This document shows positions 50,282 through 60,567 of a stretch of 64,000 nt of DNA, piece by piece. The translations under genes were made by a program, and so were the position numbers. The stretch is from the NCBI GenBank assembly GCA_016930485.1, contig JAFGGP010000035.1, positions 16,625 to 80,624 on the forward strand, in the 5' to 3' direction. The notes beneath the pieces were generated by a model. It searched no databases. It was given only the letters and a program-made list of their open reading frames with translations, and was not told the origin of the DNA. Position 1 is the stretch's first letter. Each line of letters begins with the position of its first letter. Source of the DNA: Candidatus Omnitrophota bacterium. GTDB lineage: Bacteria; Omnitrophota; Gorgyraeia; JAFGGP01.

Positions 50282-50722
50282 ATGGACCGCGCCGCCTTAT
50301 TAAAAAACCTCTTTATGTTTTCCCGTCTCGAAGCGGACGAGATAGAACTGGTATGCGGTAAAATGCATGAAAAGGTGTACGCCACGCAAACGGCCATCTG
50401 CCAGCAGGGCACGCAGGGTTCCAGCATGTATGTGATCGTCTCGGGCTCGTGCGAAGTGGCAAAAATGAGCGGCGGCGTTGAAACGCCCCTCGCCTCCCTC
50501 GGAGCAGGAGATTTTTTCGGGGAAATCTCCCTGTTTGATTTCTCACCGCGCTCCGCAACGGTGCGGGCCATGGAAGACACCTCGGTACTGGAAATTACCA
50601 AAGAGGACTTTGACTCGATTGTCCTGGAACATCCGGTTATTTCGTCGAAGATACTCTATTCGATGATGGAGGAAATGGCGCAGAGATTGCGCAAAAAGAC
50701 AGAGGATGCATTTCTCTTATAG
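50282..50722 (+). CDS. Stand-alone cyclic-nucleotide-binding domain protein
   Basis: GDFFGEISLFDFSPRSATVRA. No HTH or other output domain. Confidence 0.85.
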   Translation: MDRAALLKNLFMFSRLEADEIELVCGKMHEKVYATQTAICQQGTQGSSMYVIVSGSCEVAKMSGGVETPLASLGAGDFFGEISLFDFSPRSATVRAMEDTSVLEITKEDFDSIVLEHPVISSKILYSMMEEMAQRLRKKTEDAFLL

Positions 50723-50793
50723 GTTGTCCGGCCAGCCGGGGCCTTTGCTTTCCTGATGTTTATTGTATGGGCAGGAATGGTTCATGATGCGTC

Positions 50794-53490
50794 TTAACAG
50801 GGCTGGGGTTCTTTCTTGAGGTCGATGACTTCGTAAATCACAACAGGCTTATTTTTTCCCTTCACCTTCACGCTGTCCAGTTCCTTTACCACTACCCTGT
50901 CCTTAACATACCCATAGGTAAATTCCGTAATGATGATGTAACATCTGTAGTCGCGTGTCAGGGCCTCGACGCGCGCACCCAGATTGACCGCGTCACCGAT
51001 AACGGTATAATCCATACGTTCATACGACCCCATATTACCAACGACCATCTCGCCGGTATTAATGCCTACGCCGATATCGAGCGGCTCCCTCCCCTCGCTG
51101 ACCCACTTTTCCCGAAGTACCGCCAGCCGTTCTATCATTTCCTTGGCCGTCTTAACCGCGAGATAGGCATGCGTGGCATCGTCCATCCGGCCCGGCGCAC
51201 CAAAGACAGCCATAATTTCGTCGCCGACATACTTATCGAGCGTGCCGTTATTATTAAATATAATTTTGGTCATCTCATCGAGATACTCGTTCAGTATCGA
51301 AACAACCTCTTCCGGTTTTCGTTTCTCGGAATACGTGGTAAAGCTCCTGATATCGCTAAAGAGCACCGTAAGGATCCTCCGGTCTCCCCCCAGCCTGAGT
51401 CCGTCAGGATTGCGGAGAATGTCCTCCATGACGTTTTTAGACACATAGTGGCCGAAGGCGGACTTAATCCATCTCTTTTCCTTTTCTTCGGAGATAAAGT
51501 TGTACAGGGTGATACCGGAAAATGTCAGGAAAATGGTCGAGACGGGCTCGATGACATTAAGCCAGATATTCTTCGAGAAAAAAAGATCAAAGGCAACATA
51601 GAGATATGTCGCACCAAGGGCCACGCTAAAAACAAGACCTTTTACAGCAGAGACCCGGGGAACGACAAAACCGAAAAAGAGCGCTATGATAAAAAGGAGC
51701 GCTATCTGTATCGACCGGTCCACCGGAATGATGTAATCATGCTTGAGGATGGTATTGAGGATATTGGCATGCGTACCTACCATAGGGTATGCCGCCTCGA
51801 GCGGTACCGGGTTATAGTCGTGGGTGCCGGGGGCGGTCAGACCAATAATGCAGATGTTGTCCTTGACGAGCGGCTCTATTTTCGCAGAGAGGCTCGAGAG
51901 ACGGTCCATATCCTCCTTGAGGCGCCCCTCTAGGCCGGCATCTTCAAGCTCTTTCTCACTGAGTGTCCTATTCTTATTGATATTACCCCTGAGCTGCCAC
52001 AGGCGATATATATCGGCGCACGAAATATGTGTGAAGGAGTCCCGCCAAGGGCCTGCCCAATTCACGAACAGCTGCCCGTTCTCATCGACAGGGATAACTA
52101 TCTCACGGTTTCCCTCCCCCTCTCCAGAGGCCCTGCCCGCCTTTAAAATAATGGCCTTTCCCGGAATAAAAAGGATATCCTCGCTGGATACCTCAAGCAT
52201 TTCAAGCAGCAACGAAAAGGCAATCTGGGGAAATGCGACATCGTTATAGCGTACCAGAAGAGGGACCCTCCGCACCACGCCGTCTACGTCAGGAATCGCA
52301 TTCAGGAACCCAGTACCCTTCATTGTCTCTTCAAACAGCCTGATCGGAGGAGACATCTCCAGCGCCGGGTAAAGACGGTCAATAGGGCCGGATATCCTCA
52401 GGCCAAAATCGCTGCACATTTTCTCTGTAAGCGCAATCGTGTCAAATCGCTTCCTGAAAAGGGCGATGAGATCGGGATCGACGATCTCCTCATCCCAGAT
52501 GAGAGAGGTAAAATCAGCCTCCCGGTCCTTCTTGAGAAAGCGCCTTATTTTCTCGTCAATGACACCATAGAGGCTGTCATAATACACGGCGCGCATCTCA
52601 GGCAGAGAGGCGACCGAAAGCCGTTTGCCAACCTCATCGAGCGTCAGGCCGAGATTGTCCTCCAGAAGTACCGTTATGCGCGCCCTTTCGATAAACTCGG
52701 CAAGCTCTTTATCGGAAAACAACCCCGCCTCTTTGGCATAGTCTCCTTTGAGCTGCGAAACCTCGATCCTGCCCTCCTCTCTCAGGTGTTTCCTGATATG
52801 CGCAAAGAGCAAATCAAAGACGCGAAAACGTTCTCTATCGGCGGCGAGATATAAAACCTCGAGCATATGGCCGAGATAGACATTGCCAGCTTCTTCCAGC
52901 GAAAGCGCGAGGAGCCGGTCGTTATCCAGAAGCGTCCCCTCCAGATTTGCCGAGACAATCCCCTCGATATCGCCTACACCCGACTTGATCTGATGTAAAT
53001 ATCCGGGAACCTGATCGGTCTCTATCGCGCCGCTCGCAAGCGCCTCGGAAACCTGATCAATAAAATGCAGGAGCGTCTGATTGCCCTCTCTCAACCCCAG
53101 CAAACCGCCTATTTTTTCCTTTTCAACAACGATCTGCTGCGGGGCAGTAAAGAGCACGTCAAAGAGAATGTACCGGGCACCCTGCCGTTTGAGCTCGGAG
53201 ATAATACCGGCGAACTTTTCCCGCGGCCACGGCCAGCGCCCCAGCTCATCGATGGCATGCTGGTCCATCTCCACAAAGACAATATTCTGCAGCTGCGGCC
53301 GGCTCGGACGCAGGCGGAACCGGATATCAAGCATCTTCAGCCGGAACACCTCCAAGAAAGAGGGCGAGAAAAACATAAGGAGTGCAAATAACGAGGCAAT
53401 ACACAGGGCGATAGAAAAACCGATCAGCTGTTTTTTGATGAGTGTTACATTAAGGAATGATTGAGAGAAGAATTCGGTGATTTTTTTCAT
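50794..53490 (-). CDS. CHASE2-domain class III adenylate cyclase
   Basis: N-terminal TM, a long periplasmic CHASE2-like region and three TM helices. The cyclase core is VLFSDIRSFTTYSE...LDKYVGDEIMAVFGAP...MDYTVIGDAVNLGAR. The Lys/Asp pair suggests ATP as substrate. Confidence 0.85.
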   Translation of the reverse strand: MKKITEFFSQSFLNVTLIKKQLIGFSIALCIASLFALLMFFSPSFLEVFRLKMLDIRFRLRPSRPQLQNIVFVEMDQHAIDELGRWPWPREKFAGIISELKRQGARYILFDVLFTAPQQIVVEKEKIGGLLGLREGNQTLLHFIDQVSEALASGAIETDQVPGYLHQIKSGVGDIEGIVSANLEGTLLDNDRLLALSLEEAGNVYLGHMLEVLYLAADRERFRVFDLLFAHIRKHLREEGRIEVSQLKGDYAKEAGLFSDKELAEFIERARITVLLEDNLGLTLDEVGKRLSVASLPEMRAVYYDSLYGVIDEKIRRFLKKDREADFTSLIWDEEIVDPDLIALFRKRFDTIALTEKMCSDFGLRISGPIDRLYPALEMSPPIRLFEETMKGTGFLNAIPDVDGVVRRVPLLVRYNDVAFPQIAFSLLLEMLEVSSEDILFIPGKAIILKAGRASGEGEGNREIVIPVDENGQLFVNWAGPWRDSFTHISCADIYRLWQLRGNINKNRTLSEKELEDAGLEGRLKEDMDRLSSLSAKIEPLVKDNICIIGLTAPGTHDYNPVPLEAAYPMVGTHANILNTILKHDYIIPVDRSIQIALLFIIALFFGFVVPRVSAVKGLVFSVALGATYLYVAFDLFFSKNIWLNVIEPVSTIFLTFSGITLYNFISEEKEKRWIKSAFGHYVSKNVMEDILRNPDGLRLGGDRRILTVLFSDIRSFTTYSEKRKPEEVVSILNEYLDEMTKIIFNNNGTLDKYVGDEIMAVFGAPGRMDDATHAYLAVKTAKEMIERLAVLREKWVSEGREPLDIGVGINTGEMVVGNMGSYERMDYTVIGDAVNLGARVEALTRDYRCYIIITEFTYGYVKDRVVVKELDSVKVKGKNKPVVIYEVIDLKKEPQPC

Positions 53491-53500
53491 GCACGGTTAC

Positions 53501-54769
53501 TTACAGAGGGAGCGTAATGATAAATTCGGTCCCGTGTTGTCCCTTTTCGCATGCCGGGCTCTTTACCGTAATAGTGCCTCCGTGATCCTCGATAATTTTT
53601 TTTGCGATGGCAAGACCAAGCCCGGTTCCATGTTTTTTGCCGTGTGTCACAAAGGCCTCAAAGAGGCTATCGCGGATCTCGGCAGGGATGCCGGGTCCGG
53701 TATCACGCACACTGATAGTGACGGCATGGTCTTTCTTGGTTGCCGAAAGAAAAATGCTGCCGCCCTGCTGCATGGCATCCCTGGCGTTTCCGAGGAGATT
53801 GAAGATAACCCGGGACATCTTCTGTTCATCGAACGCGCATTCCCCGGCATACTCAAACTGCCCCACCAGCCTGATTGCCTGCGTTTCAAAGTCCTTGCTG
53901 ACGAAGGAAATAATGTTTTCTAAAAACGTCTTGACATTCGCCCTCTGAATCGTAACGGTACTTTTACCTCTGACAAACTCCAGGAGATCCCGTGTCATGC
54001 CGACAAAACGGTCTATCTCTTTCATAATCTGCTCTGAAAAAGTATTGATCTCCCCCTGGTCAAGCATCCCCCTGTTCAGCATTTCGCAGAAGGAGCGTAT
54101 CGCGGCCATCGGCGTTTTGAAATCGTGTATAATAGCGCTCGCCATCTTGCCAACGGCCGAGAGCCGCTCAGACTGGATCAGCTGATCCTGGGCCTCCAGA
54201 AGCTGCCGGTGTGTCCTGAGCAGTTGTCCATGTTTGGTTGTCAGCCCGAGAAGGAGGTGCGCGTTTTCTATGGCAACGGCGGCCTGACTGGCAACGATTT
54301 CGAGCAACCGCTGATCTTCGCCGCTAAAGGAGGCGCTTTGCCCTTTTTTATTCAAGACCTCCAGAACGCCGATAATGTGCTCATGGCGTCTTATAGGAAC
54401 CGCTAAAATAGACCGGGTCGTGAAATGCGTCTTTTGATCGACCGATTGATCGAACTGACTCTCTGCCTGCGCATTCGGCACATTCAGGGCAATTCCGGTC
54501 TGGGCCACCTGTCCTATAATGCCTACCCCCTTCTTAATCCGCAGTTTTTCGATCTCTTCCTTTTTCTCCCCGAGCGCAACCTCAAAATAAAGTTCCTCTG
54601 TATCCGGGTCACACAGCGCCACCGAGGCCGCCTCAGCATCAACCGCCTTCGAGCTCTCCTCCATAATAGAAATGATAAGCTGTTTAATATCACCTATCTG
54701 GGACATAAACCGATTAACAGTATAAAGCGTCTCAAGCTGGCGTCTGAGCATATCGGACTGATCCTGCAT
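53501..54769 (-). CDS. GAF-domain sensor histidine kinase
   Basis: GAF domain, then HisKA (ASAIIHDFKTPM) and HATPase_c (NLLGNARDA, DTGPGIP, GTGLGLAIAKKI). Confidence 0.88.
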   Translation of the reverse strand: MQDQSDMLRRQLETLYTVNRFMSQIGDIKQLIISIMEESSKAVDAEAASVALCDPDTEELYFEVALGEKKEEIEKLRIKKGVGIIGQVAQTGIALNVPNAQAESQFDQSVDQKTHFTTRSILAVPIRRHEHIIGVLEVLNKKGQSASFSGEDQRLLEIVASQAAVAIENAHLLLGLTTKHGQLLRTHRQLLEAQDQLIQSERLSAVGKMASAIIHDFKTPMAAIRSFCEMLNRGMLDQGEINTFSEQIMKEIDRFVGMTRDLLEFVRGKSTVTIQRANVKTFLENIISFVSKDFETQAIRLVGQFEYAGECAFDEQKMSRVIFNLLGNARDAMQQGGSIFLSATKKDHAVTISVRDTGPGIPAEIRDSLFEAFVTHGKKHGTGLGLAIAKKIIEDHGGTITVKSPACEKGQHGTEFIITLPL

Positions 54770-54982
54770 GCAGCCCCCTTTCCCGCACTAAAAGATACTA
54801 TATCGGAAATTTTTATTTATTGTATAGCACGCGGGCGGGTTCATCAAGCAATTTCACTCCGAGATCCCCTTCTCCTGGAACAACCACTACGGTATGCGGC
54901 CTGTCCTGATAATAAAATCATACGCATAGCAAGGCAGGCGATACGAACGGACGCTATAAGAAACACTTAAGAAGAAAAGTAT

Positions 54983-55011
54983 TTGAAGAGGTCTGTCCTG
55001 TTTGTTACAAT
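54983..55011 (+). promoter_or_regulatory. Sigma70-like promoter, TTGAAG-N17-TACAAT, for pilT
   Basis: -35 at 54983-54988 and -10 at 55006-55011. Confidence 0.45.
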
Positions 55012-55064
55012 ATCAGCAGTGTGCCGTTGTCATCCTTCCGTTTACCGCATTCTCAAAAAGGGGT

Positions 55065-56093
55065 ATGGCTATGGAGATAATCGAGGTCTTAAAAGAAGGG
55101 ATCGAAAAGGGCTGTTCCGATATCCATATAGCCGTCGGCAGACCTCCCATGTTCCGGGTAGCGGGCAAACTCACTGCCCGCGAGGGGGAGTCTCTCACGC
55201 CGGCCGACACCAAAAAACTTATCTATGCGATGCTCACCGAAACCCAGACCCAGGCCTTTGAGACAAACATGGAACTGGACTGTTCCTATACCCTTGAAGG
55301 CGGAGGGCGGTTCCGGGTTAATGTGTATATCGACCGCCTCGGCATAAGCGCGGCACTGCGACTTATCCCCTCGAAGATACCGACACCCCAGGACATCGAC
55401 CTGCCCCCTGTCGCGATGAGTTTTACCGAGATGAGGAACGGTCTTGTGCTGGTGACCGGGCCCACAGGCAGCGGCAAATCAACCACGCTTGCCGCCATGC
55501 TCAACACCATCAATACCAAGAGAAACTGCCATATTATGACCGTCGAGGACCCTATCGAATTTATCTACAATCATGAGATGTCGCTCGTCAATCAGCGGGA
55601 GGTCGAGGCCCAGACAAAAACCTTTGCCGCCGCCCTCAAGCACTTCCTGAGACAGGACCCCGACGTAATCCTTATCGGGGAAATGAGGGATCTGGAGACT
55701 ATCTCGGCCGCTATTACCATGGCAGAAACCGGACATCTTGTGTTTGCGACACTGCACACCCTGGACGCCCCGCAGACGGTCGACCGAATTATCGATGTCT
55801 TTCCGCCTTACCAACAGCAGCAGATCAGGACAATGCTCTCGACCGCGCTCAGGGGGGTCGTCTGTCAGCAGCTCATCCCCAAAAAAGACGGAAGAGGCCG
55901 TGTGGCAGCCCGGGAAATTATGCTCGTGACGCCGGCCATTTCAAATAATATTAAGGAGGGAAAAACACATCAGATTTACAATGCGATGCAGACGGGCGGC
56001 GCGCTCGGTATGGTCACGATGGAGGCCTCGGTAAAGGTGCTTCTGGCCAAAGGACTCATATCCCAGGAGGCTGCAAAGGCGGCCCTCTCGTAA
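55065..56093 (+). CDS. pilT: Type IV pilus retraction ATPase PilT
   Basis: SDIHI, Walker A GPTGSGKSTT, DVILIGEMRD, HLVFATLHT, and the AIRNLIREGK-like ISNNIKEGKTHQI. Confidence 0.92.
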   Translation: MAMEIIEVLKEGIEKGCSDIHIAVGRPPMFRVAGKLTAREGESLTPADTKKLIYAMLTETQTQAFETNMELDCSYTLEGGGRFRVNVYIDRLGISAALRLIPSKIPTPQDIDLPPVAMSFTEMRNGLVLVTGPTGSGKSTTLAAMLNTINTKRNCHIMTVEDPIEFIYNHEMSLVNQREVEAQTKTFAAALKHFLRQDPDVILIGEMRDLETISAAITMAETGHLVFATLHTLDAPQTVDRIIDVFPPYQQQQIRTMLSTALRGVVCQQLIPKKDGRGRVAAREIMLVTPAISNNIKEGKTHQIYNAMQTGGALGMVTMEASVKVLLAKGLISQEAAKAALS

Positions 56094-56107
56094 CAAGGGA
56101 CAATCCC

Positions 56108-57070
56108 ATGAAACAGGATAACATAAGTACGATACCGATTTTCTCGGAGCTCACTCAGGATGAGCGCATTCAGATACTCGGGATTGCCACTGAGAAAAAA
56201 TACAGCCAGGGCGAAACCATCTTTCAGGAGGGCGACCATCCGGATTTCCTGTATGTTGTACTGGAGGGTCTGGTCACCATCGAGAAAAAACCCCTACTTG
56301 AAGAGGAATGCCTCACTATTCTGACTCTTACCAAAGGCGCCTTTTTCGGCGAGATGGCCCTTTTTGACGACGGTCCGCGTTCAGCCGGTGCCAGGGCTTC
56401 TGAGGCATGCCGGCTCCTTTTGATCGAAAAAGAGACATTCCTCAATCTCCTCAGGGAAGCGCCGGCCATCGCAACAAAAATACTGCTACCCCTCTTTAGA
56501 AGACTTGCCCCCCGCATCAGGCAGGTCAATACACAGCTTGCCGCCTTTTTTGAGGCAGGAAGGCTGCTCAGTGCCGCCACGGATGCCCCATCGGTCCTAC
56601 CGGATATGCTCAGACTTATCGTCGCGGCCACCCAGGCAAGAAAGGGCATACTCTATCTCATTAATCGCACCACCGAACAGCTCGAGACGCTCTCTACAGA
56701 AGGTATCACCGACACCTCAAGGCTCAGGGCCATCCCGATAAAAAACCCCGAGGGACCTGTGCGGGATGTCCTGCAAAATGAAGAGGCCCTCCTTGTCTCA
56801 GAACCGCGGCAAACAGGTGAGGTCCAGTCTCGTTACGGCTTTGAGACAATCCCCATGTTGCTGATCCCCCTCAAAGGGAAACAGGGGTTATTGGGCATGC
56901 TCGTCCTCTCTGAAAAAAACGAGCAGGAGGCGAACCGGGGGTTCAGTTACGCAGAGTTATCACTCGCCAGCTGCATAGCCACCCAGCTTTCGTATCTTCT
57001 GGAAAATCATCAATTTATCCAGGAAGAGGAAAACAGGCAACGGCTTAAAAAACGCTATTATAGATTTTAG
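56108..57070 (+). CDS. cNMP-binding domain + GAF domain protein
   Basis: FFGEMALFDDGPRSAGARA, followed by a GAF-like C-terminal half. No recognisable output domain. Confidence 0.8.
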   Translation: MKQDNISTIPIFSELTQDERIQILGIATEKKYSQGETIFQEGDHPDFLYVVLEGLVTIEKKPLLEEECLTILTLTKGAFFGEMALFDDGPRSAGARASEACRLLLIEKETFLNLLREAPAIATKILLPLFRRLAPRIRQVNTQLAAFFEAGRLLSAATDAPSVLPDMLRLIVAATQARKGILYLINRTTEQLETLSTEGITDTSRLRAIPIKNPEGPVRDVLQNEEALLVSEPRQTGEVQSRYGFETIPMLLIPLKGKQGLLGMLVLSEKNEQEANRGFSYAELSLASCIATQLSYLLENHQFIQEEENRQRLKKRYYRF

Positions 57071-57078
57071 ACGTGGGG

Positions 57079-58800
57079 TTATGGAAGGGTGATACTGAGG
57101 TGATCACTTTCTACACTCTCGTTGCCTAACCGGTCAACCGCTCTGATATAGAGTTCAATAACACCTCCTACTGCCTCTGCCCGCAGCATCTCGATATCGG
57201 TCGCGTCAATAGTATAGTCATTATCCTTGATAATCCTTTTATTGATCTGATTGCGCTCGCTTGCGCCCGGTTTCGTGTAATAGAGGTCATAACCCCAGAT
57301 ATCGGACTCCCGGTTTTCCCGCCATTCCACAACAATAAAATCGGCGGTGATATCACGGGCCGTGATATTTCTCGGCTGATCGGGAACATCGGTATCCTTG
57401 AATTCAAAGGTAGAGACGTTGCCGGCAGGATCGCGCGCAGCAACCTCAAAACGCAGCTCCTGACTCACCGGACGCCTCACTTTCATAAAACGGTCCTTAA
57501 ACCTCCCCTCGGGATCAAGCGTTATTGTTTTCTGATTAACGGTAAGCAATGCGCCGGGCTCTGTCTGTCCCTCTATGACTACATAATCGCTATCATCGAG
57601 ATACGCATCAAAGTCATTGATCTGCGGGGGTTGGTTATCGAAGACAATTTTTTGTGTGATCTCACTGGTGGCCCCTTCAGCCCCTTTCGCCTCAATCACT
57701 ATAAAATTCTCACCCACAAGCAGGGCAATGTCCTTTTGAAATACCCCCTCAGCCAGCGGCACCTCCTCGCCGTCCACAAAAACAGTGGTCTGAGGAAGCG
57801 CAAACCCCTTGACGGTAATGCTCGGTTGATTGGTGTGCTCAGGGATGCTCTGGGGTAAAAGAGAGATCAGTCTGACTTCGCTGCCCGTCGCAGAAAACTC
57901 AGGCACCTGCTGTTCCCGCAGAAAAGCCTCTGCCTCCAGCGATAGCCTGTGTTGAGGGAACTCTTTGAGAAAACGTCTGTAATAGATAACGGCCTCTTCG
58001 ATCTGTCCGAGCTGGCGGTGGGCAGAGGCAAGGTTATAAAGAAGCTCGGGTGAAATAACCTCGGCTGCGTCTGATTGGAGTGCCTTGGTGTAGTCGGCGA
58101 TTGCCTCGGTTGGTTTGCCCCCTTCAAAACAGAGATTGCCTAGGGCGCTGTATATTCGGGATTCAAGCCGTAGCGAAGGGTTCTGTTTGAGTATATTTTC
58201 GTAGTCAGTGAGTACCTCTTCGGGTTTTCTTTCGGAGGAGGTAATCAGAATAGTATAAAATTCGGCCTCCAGCGCACTGCTGGAGCGCGGAAAATCCTTA
58301 ATAAACTGTGCCAGGAGCGGCTGGGCCTCTTTGTGCCTTCCCAATGCAATAAGGCTCATCACCTCGTTCCAACGGGCCGAGGCAATCCACGACGCGTCGG
58401 CATGCGACTTGACTATTTTTGAAAAAAGCTTATACGCCTCTTCATTGGCGCCGAGTCTCAGGTAGCACGTTGCCTGAATATACTGCACCCAGCCTGTCAG
58501 GTTTGCATCCTTGCCTTGAATGTCACCCAGGCTCTCGAGGGCCTTATTGTAATCACCGAGGAGATAATAGCACCAGCCGATCGACGCCCGGGCCCCGTCC
58601 ACGCGTTCGTCATCCGGATTTTTCTCTACAAACGTCTTGTACTGCTCTATGGCCTCGGTGTAGCGCCCATCGTCAAAGAGCACATTTGCCCGCTGATAGG
58701 AATCAGACAGGGTGAGGCACCCGGAAAGACACACGATGATAAACGCCAGGACCGTCCGGTGAAGAAATGGTATACACCTAAGGCTACTCATGAATTTCAT
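57079..58800 (-). CDS. TPR-repeat lipoprotein with C-terminal Ig-like and fibronectin-III-like domains
   Basis: Lipobox LSGC, about 8 TPR-like repeats, and an FN3-like end PRNITARDITADFIVVEWRENRESDIWGYDLYY. Confidence 0.7.
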   Translation of the reverse strand: MKFMSSLRCIPFLHRTVLAFIIVCLSGCLTLSDSYQRANVLFDDGRYTEAIEQYKTFVEKNPDDERVDGARASIGWCYYLLGDYNKALESLGDIQGKDANLTGWVQYIQATCYLRLGANEEAYKLFSKIVKSHADASWIASARWNEVMSLIALGRHKEAQPLLAQFIKDFPRSSSALEAEFYTILITSSERKPEEVLTDYENILKQNPSLRLESRIYSALGNLCFEGGKPTEAIADYTKALQSDAAEVISPELLYNLASAHRQLGQIEEAVIYYRRFLKEFPQHRLSLEAEAFLREQQVPEFSATGSEVRLISLLPQSIPEHTNQPSITVKGFALPQTTVFVDGEEVPLAEGVFQKDIALLVGENFIVIEAKGAEGATSEITQKIVFDNQPPQINDFDAYLDDSDYVVIEGQTEPGALLTVNQKTITLDPEGRFKDRFMKVRRPVSQELRFEVAARDPAGNVSTFEFKDTDVPDQPRNITARDITADFIVVEWRENRESDIWGYDLYYTKPGASERNQINKRIIKDNDYTIDATDIEMLRAEAVGGVIELYIRAVDRLGNESVESDHLSITLP

Positions 58801-59174
58801 TTCAGGCTATCTGCGATTTTCTTTAAAAGCGCTTCGTTGTCGAACGGCTTTGTTATATATCCGGTAGCCCCCTCGAACTCAAACAGTCGTTTCATCTCCG
58901 TACCCCGCCCCGTAATAATCACGACCGGGATCGTTCTTAAAAATAGGTGGTCGGGATGCGATTCGCGACGCATCTTTCGTAACGTCATATATCCGTCCTG
59001 TTTCGGCATGCCGATATCAAGGAGGATCAAATCCGGTTTGGTCTCCCGCGCCTTTTCCAGACCAGCCGCCCCGTCATCGGCGGTAATGACTTCGTAACCC
59101 TCGAGTTCCAGGCACATTGTCAGTGTCTTTAAGATATCGACCTCGTCATCGATAATTAAGATCTTTTTCGCCAC
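58797..59174 (-). CDS. Single-domain response regulator (CheY-like)
   Basis: MAKKILIIDDE...DLILLDIGMP...KP. The stop overlaps the downstream start as ATGA. Confidence 0.9.
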   Translation of the reverse strand: MAKKILIIDDEVDILKTLTMCLELEGYEVITADDGAAGLEKARETKPDLILLDIGMPKQDGYMTLRKMRRESHPDHLFLRTIPVVIITGRGTEMKRLFEFEGATGYITKPFDNEALLKKIADSLK

Positions 59175-59207
59175 ACCATCCTCCTTTTTCAGTGTCTTGT
59201 ATGCACG

Positions 59208-59576
59208 TTAAGAACCGATTATATTTTTCACCTTGGTTAAAAGTGTCTCTTTATCAAAGGGCTTCTGAAGAGAGTCGTTCACCCCGATTTCGCGGACCCG
59301 CTGTTCTAAATCCTTTATCTTGCCTGCGGTAAATAAAATAATCGGCAGGTCCTTTAGGGCCGGATGAGAGCGTATCTGCCTGGCGAGGGTGCATCCGTCG
59401 ACGTCGGGCAATACCACATCGAGCAACAGCAGATCAAACGGCTCTGACATTAATTTCTCAAGACCTGTCTCGGCGGTATACGCGTATTTTACCTGGTAAC
59501 CTTCCAGTTCAAGACGAACTCTGGTAATTGTAGTAACGTTTATCTCGTCATCGATGATCAGGATTTTTTTTGCCAT
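59208..59576 (-). CDS. Single-domain response regulator (CheY-like)
   Basis: MAKKILIIDDE...DLLLLDVVLPDVDG...KP. A tandem paralogue of the previous gene. Confidence 0.9.
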   Translation of the reverse strand: MAKKILIIDDEINVTTITRVRLELEGYQVKYAYTAETGLEKLMSEPFDLLLLDVVLPDVDGCTLARQIRSHPALKDLPIILFTAGKIKDLEQRVREIGVNDSLQKPFDKETLLTKVKNIIGS

Positions 59577-59586
59577 GTCTCGTGTT

Positions 59587-60486
59587 TTACCTCCTAGCCG
59601 AATCCGGAACCGTCAGCTCTGTGCCCTCAGCGGCAAAAGAAACGATAAATGGATTCCCGCGCCCGGCAACATAGTCACGGGCAAACGCGTCCATCTCATC
59701 GATAAAACCATCGGTGTGATTCGGGTCATGATGAAATATGATAAGGCGCTTTACCTGAGCCAGTTCGGCAAGCGCAAGCGTATACGGAAGCGGGCTGTGC
59801 CCCCAGCCGATCCGTGCCAGATATTCACTCATAATGTACTGCCCGTCGGCTATCCAGATATCGGCATGACGTACAAACTCTATCAATTTTTTCTCCTCAC
59901 CGGAAAGGCCGGGGGCAATATCTTTTTTTTCCTTAAGAAAACCGACCGTGGCCGGATGCGGCTCAAAGTCGGAACAGTAGACAAACGCCCCCTCCCGGGA
60001 CTCTATGCGGTAACCGACCGCTGAGCCCGGATGATGCAGACGTACTGTTTTTACCGTCACTCCATCGAAGTCAAGCACCTCTTCGCCGACATCCCTGAAT
60101 TCAAGCTCTGAGCCCACATCACTGAGTGAAACCGGAAAATAGTCCCAGCTCATCTGTCCGTCGAGTTTCTCATGAAGACTCTTCGAGGTCCCGCTGGGGC
60201 CGTATATCGTAAAACGATTCCCTTTCATATAGAGAGGGACAAAAAAGGGAAAACCCTGAATATGATCCCAGTGGGTATGGCCGATCAGCACCGCCGCATT
60301 GAGCAGCTCCTGCTGGCAACGCTCCTTAAGCACGTTACCTAAAGGACGGATGCCTGTGCCTGCATCGATAATAAATAATTGACCGCCCGTCTCAACCTCG
60401 ACACACGATGTGTTTCCGCCGTACCGCGCCGTCTCGGGTCCCGGGGCAGCAACGGAACCGCGTACCCCCCACAACTTGACTCTCAT
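59587..60486 (-). CDS. MBL-fold metallo-hydrolase
   Basis: GNTSCVEV...IIDAGTG...IGHTHWDHIQGFPFF. Confidence 0.8.
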   Translation of the reverse strand: MRVKLWGVRGSVAAPGPETARYGGNTSCVEVETGGQLFIIDAGTGIRPLGNVLKERCQQELLNAAVLIGHTHWDHIQGFPFFVPLYMKGNRFTIYGPSGTSKSLHEKLDGQMSWDYFPVSLSDVGSELEFRDVGEEVLDFDGVTVKTVRLHHPGSAVGYRIESREGAFVYCSDFEPHPATVGFLKEKKDIAPGLSGEEKKLIEFVRHADIWIADGQYIMSEYLARIGWGHSPLPYTLALAELAQVKRLIIFHHDPNHTDGFIDEMDAFARDYVAGRGNPFIVSFAAEGTELTVPDSARR

Positions 60487-60567
60487 GGCAATACCTCTCG
60501 GTTATTGTCCTATTGTAAAAAATACCGCATGGATTATCAACTCTTTTGTGTTTTCGGGAAAAATAAC

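Noticed and set aside
50723-50793. Terminator between the convergent cNMP-binding gene and the cyclase gene (GGCCAGCCGGGGCC followed by TTTGCTTTCC)
   Set aside because: The stem is only 4-5 bp with a very small loop, which is too weak to call.
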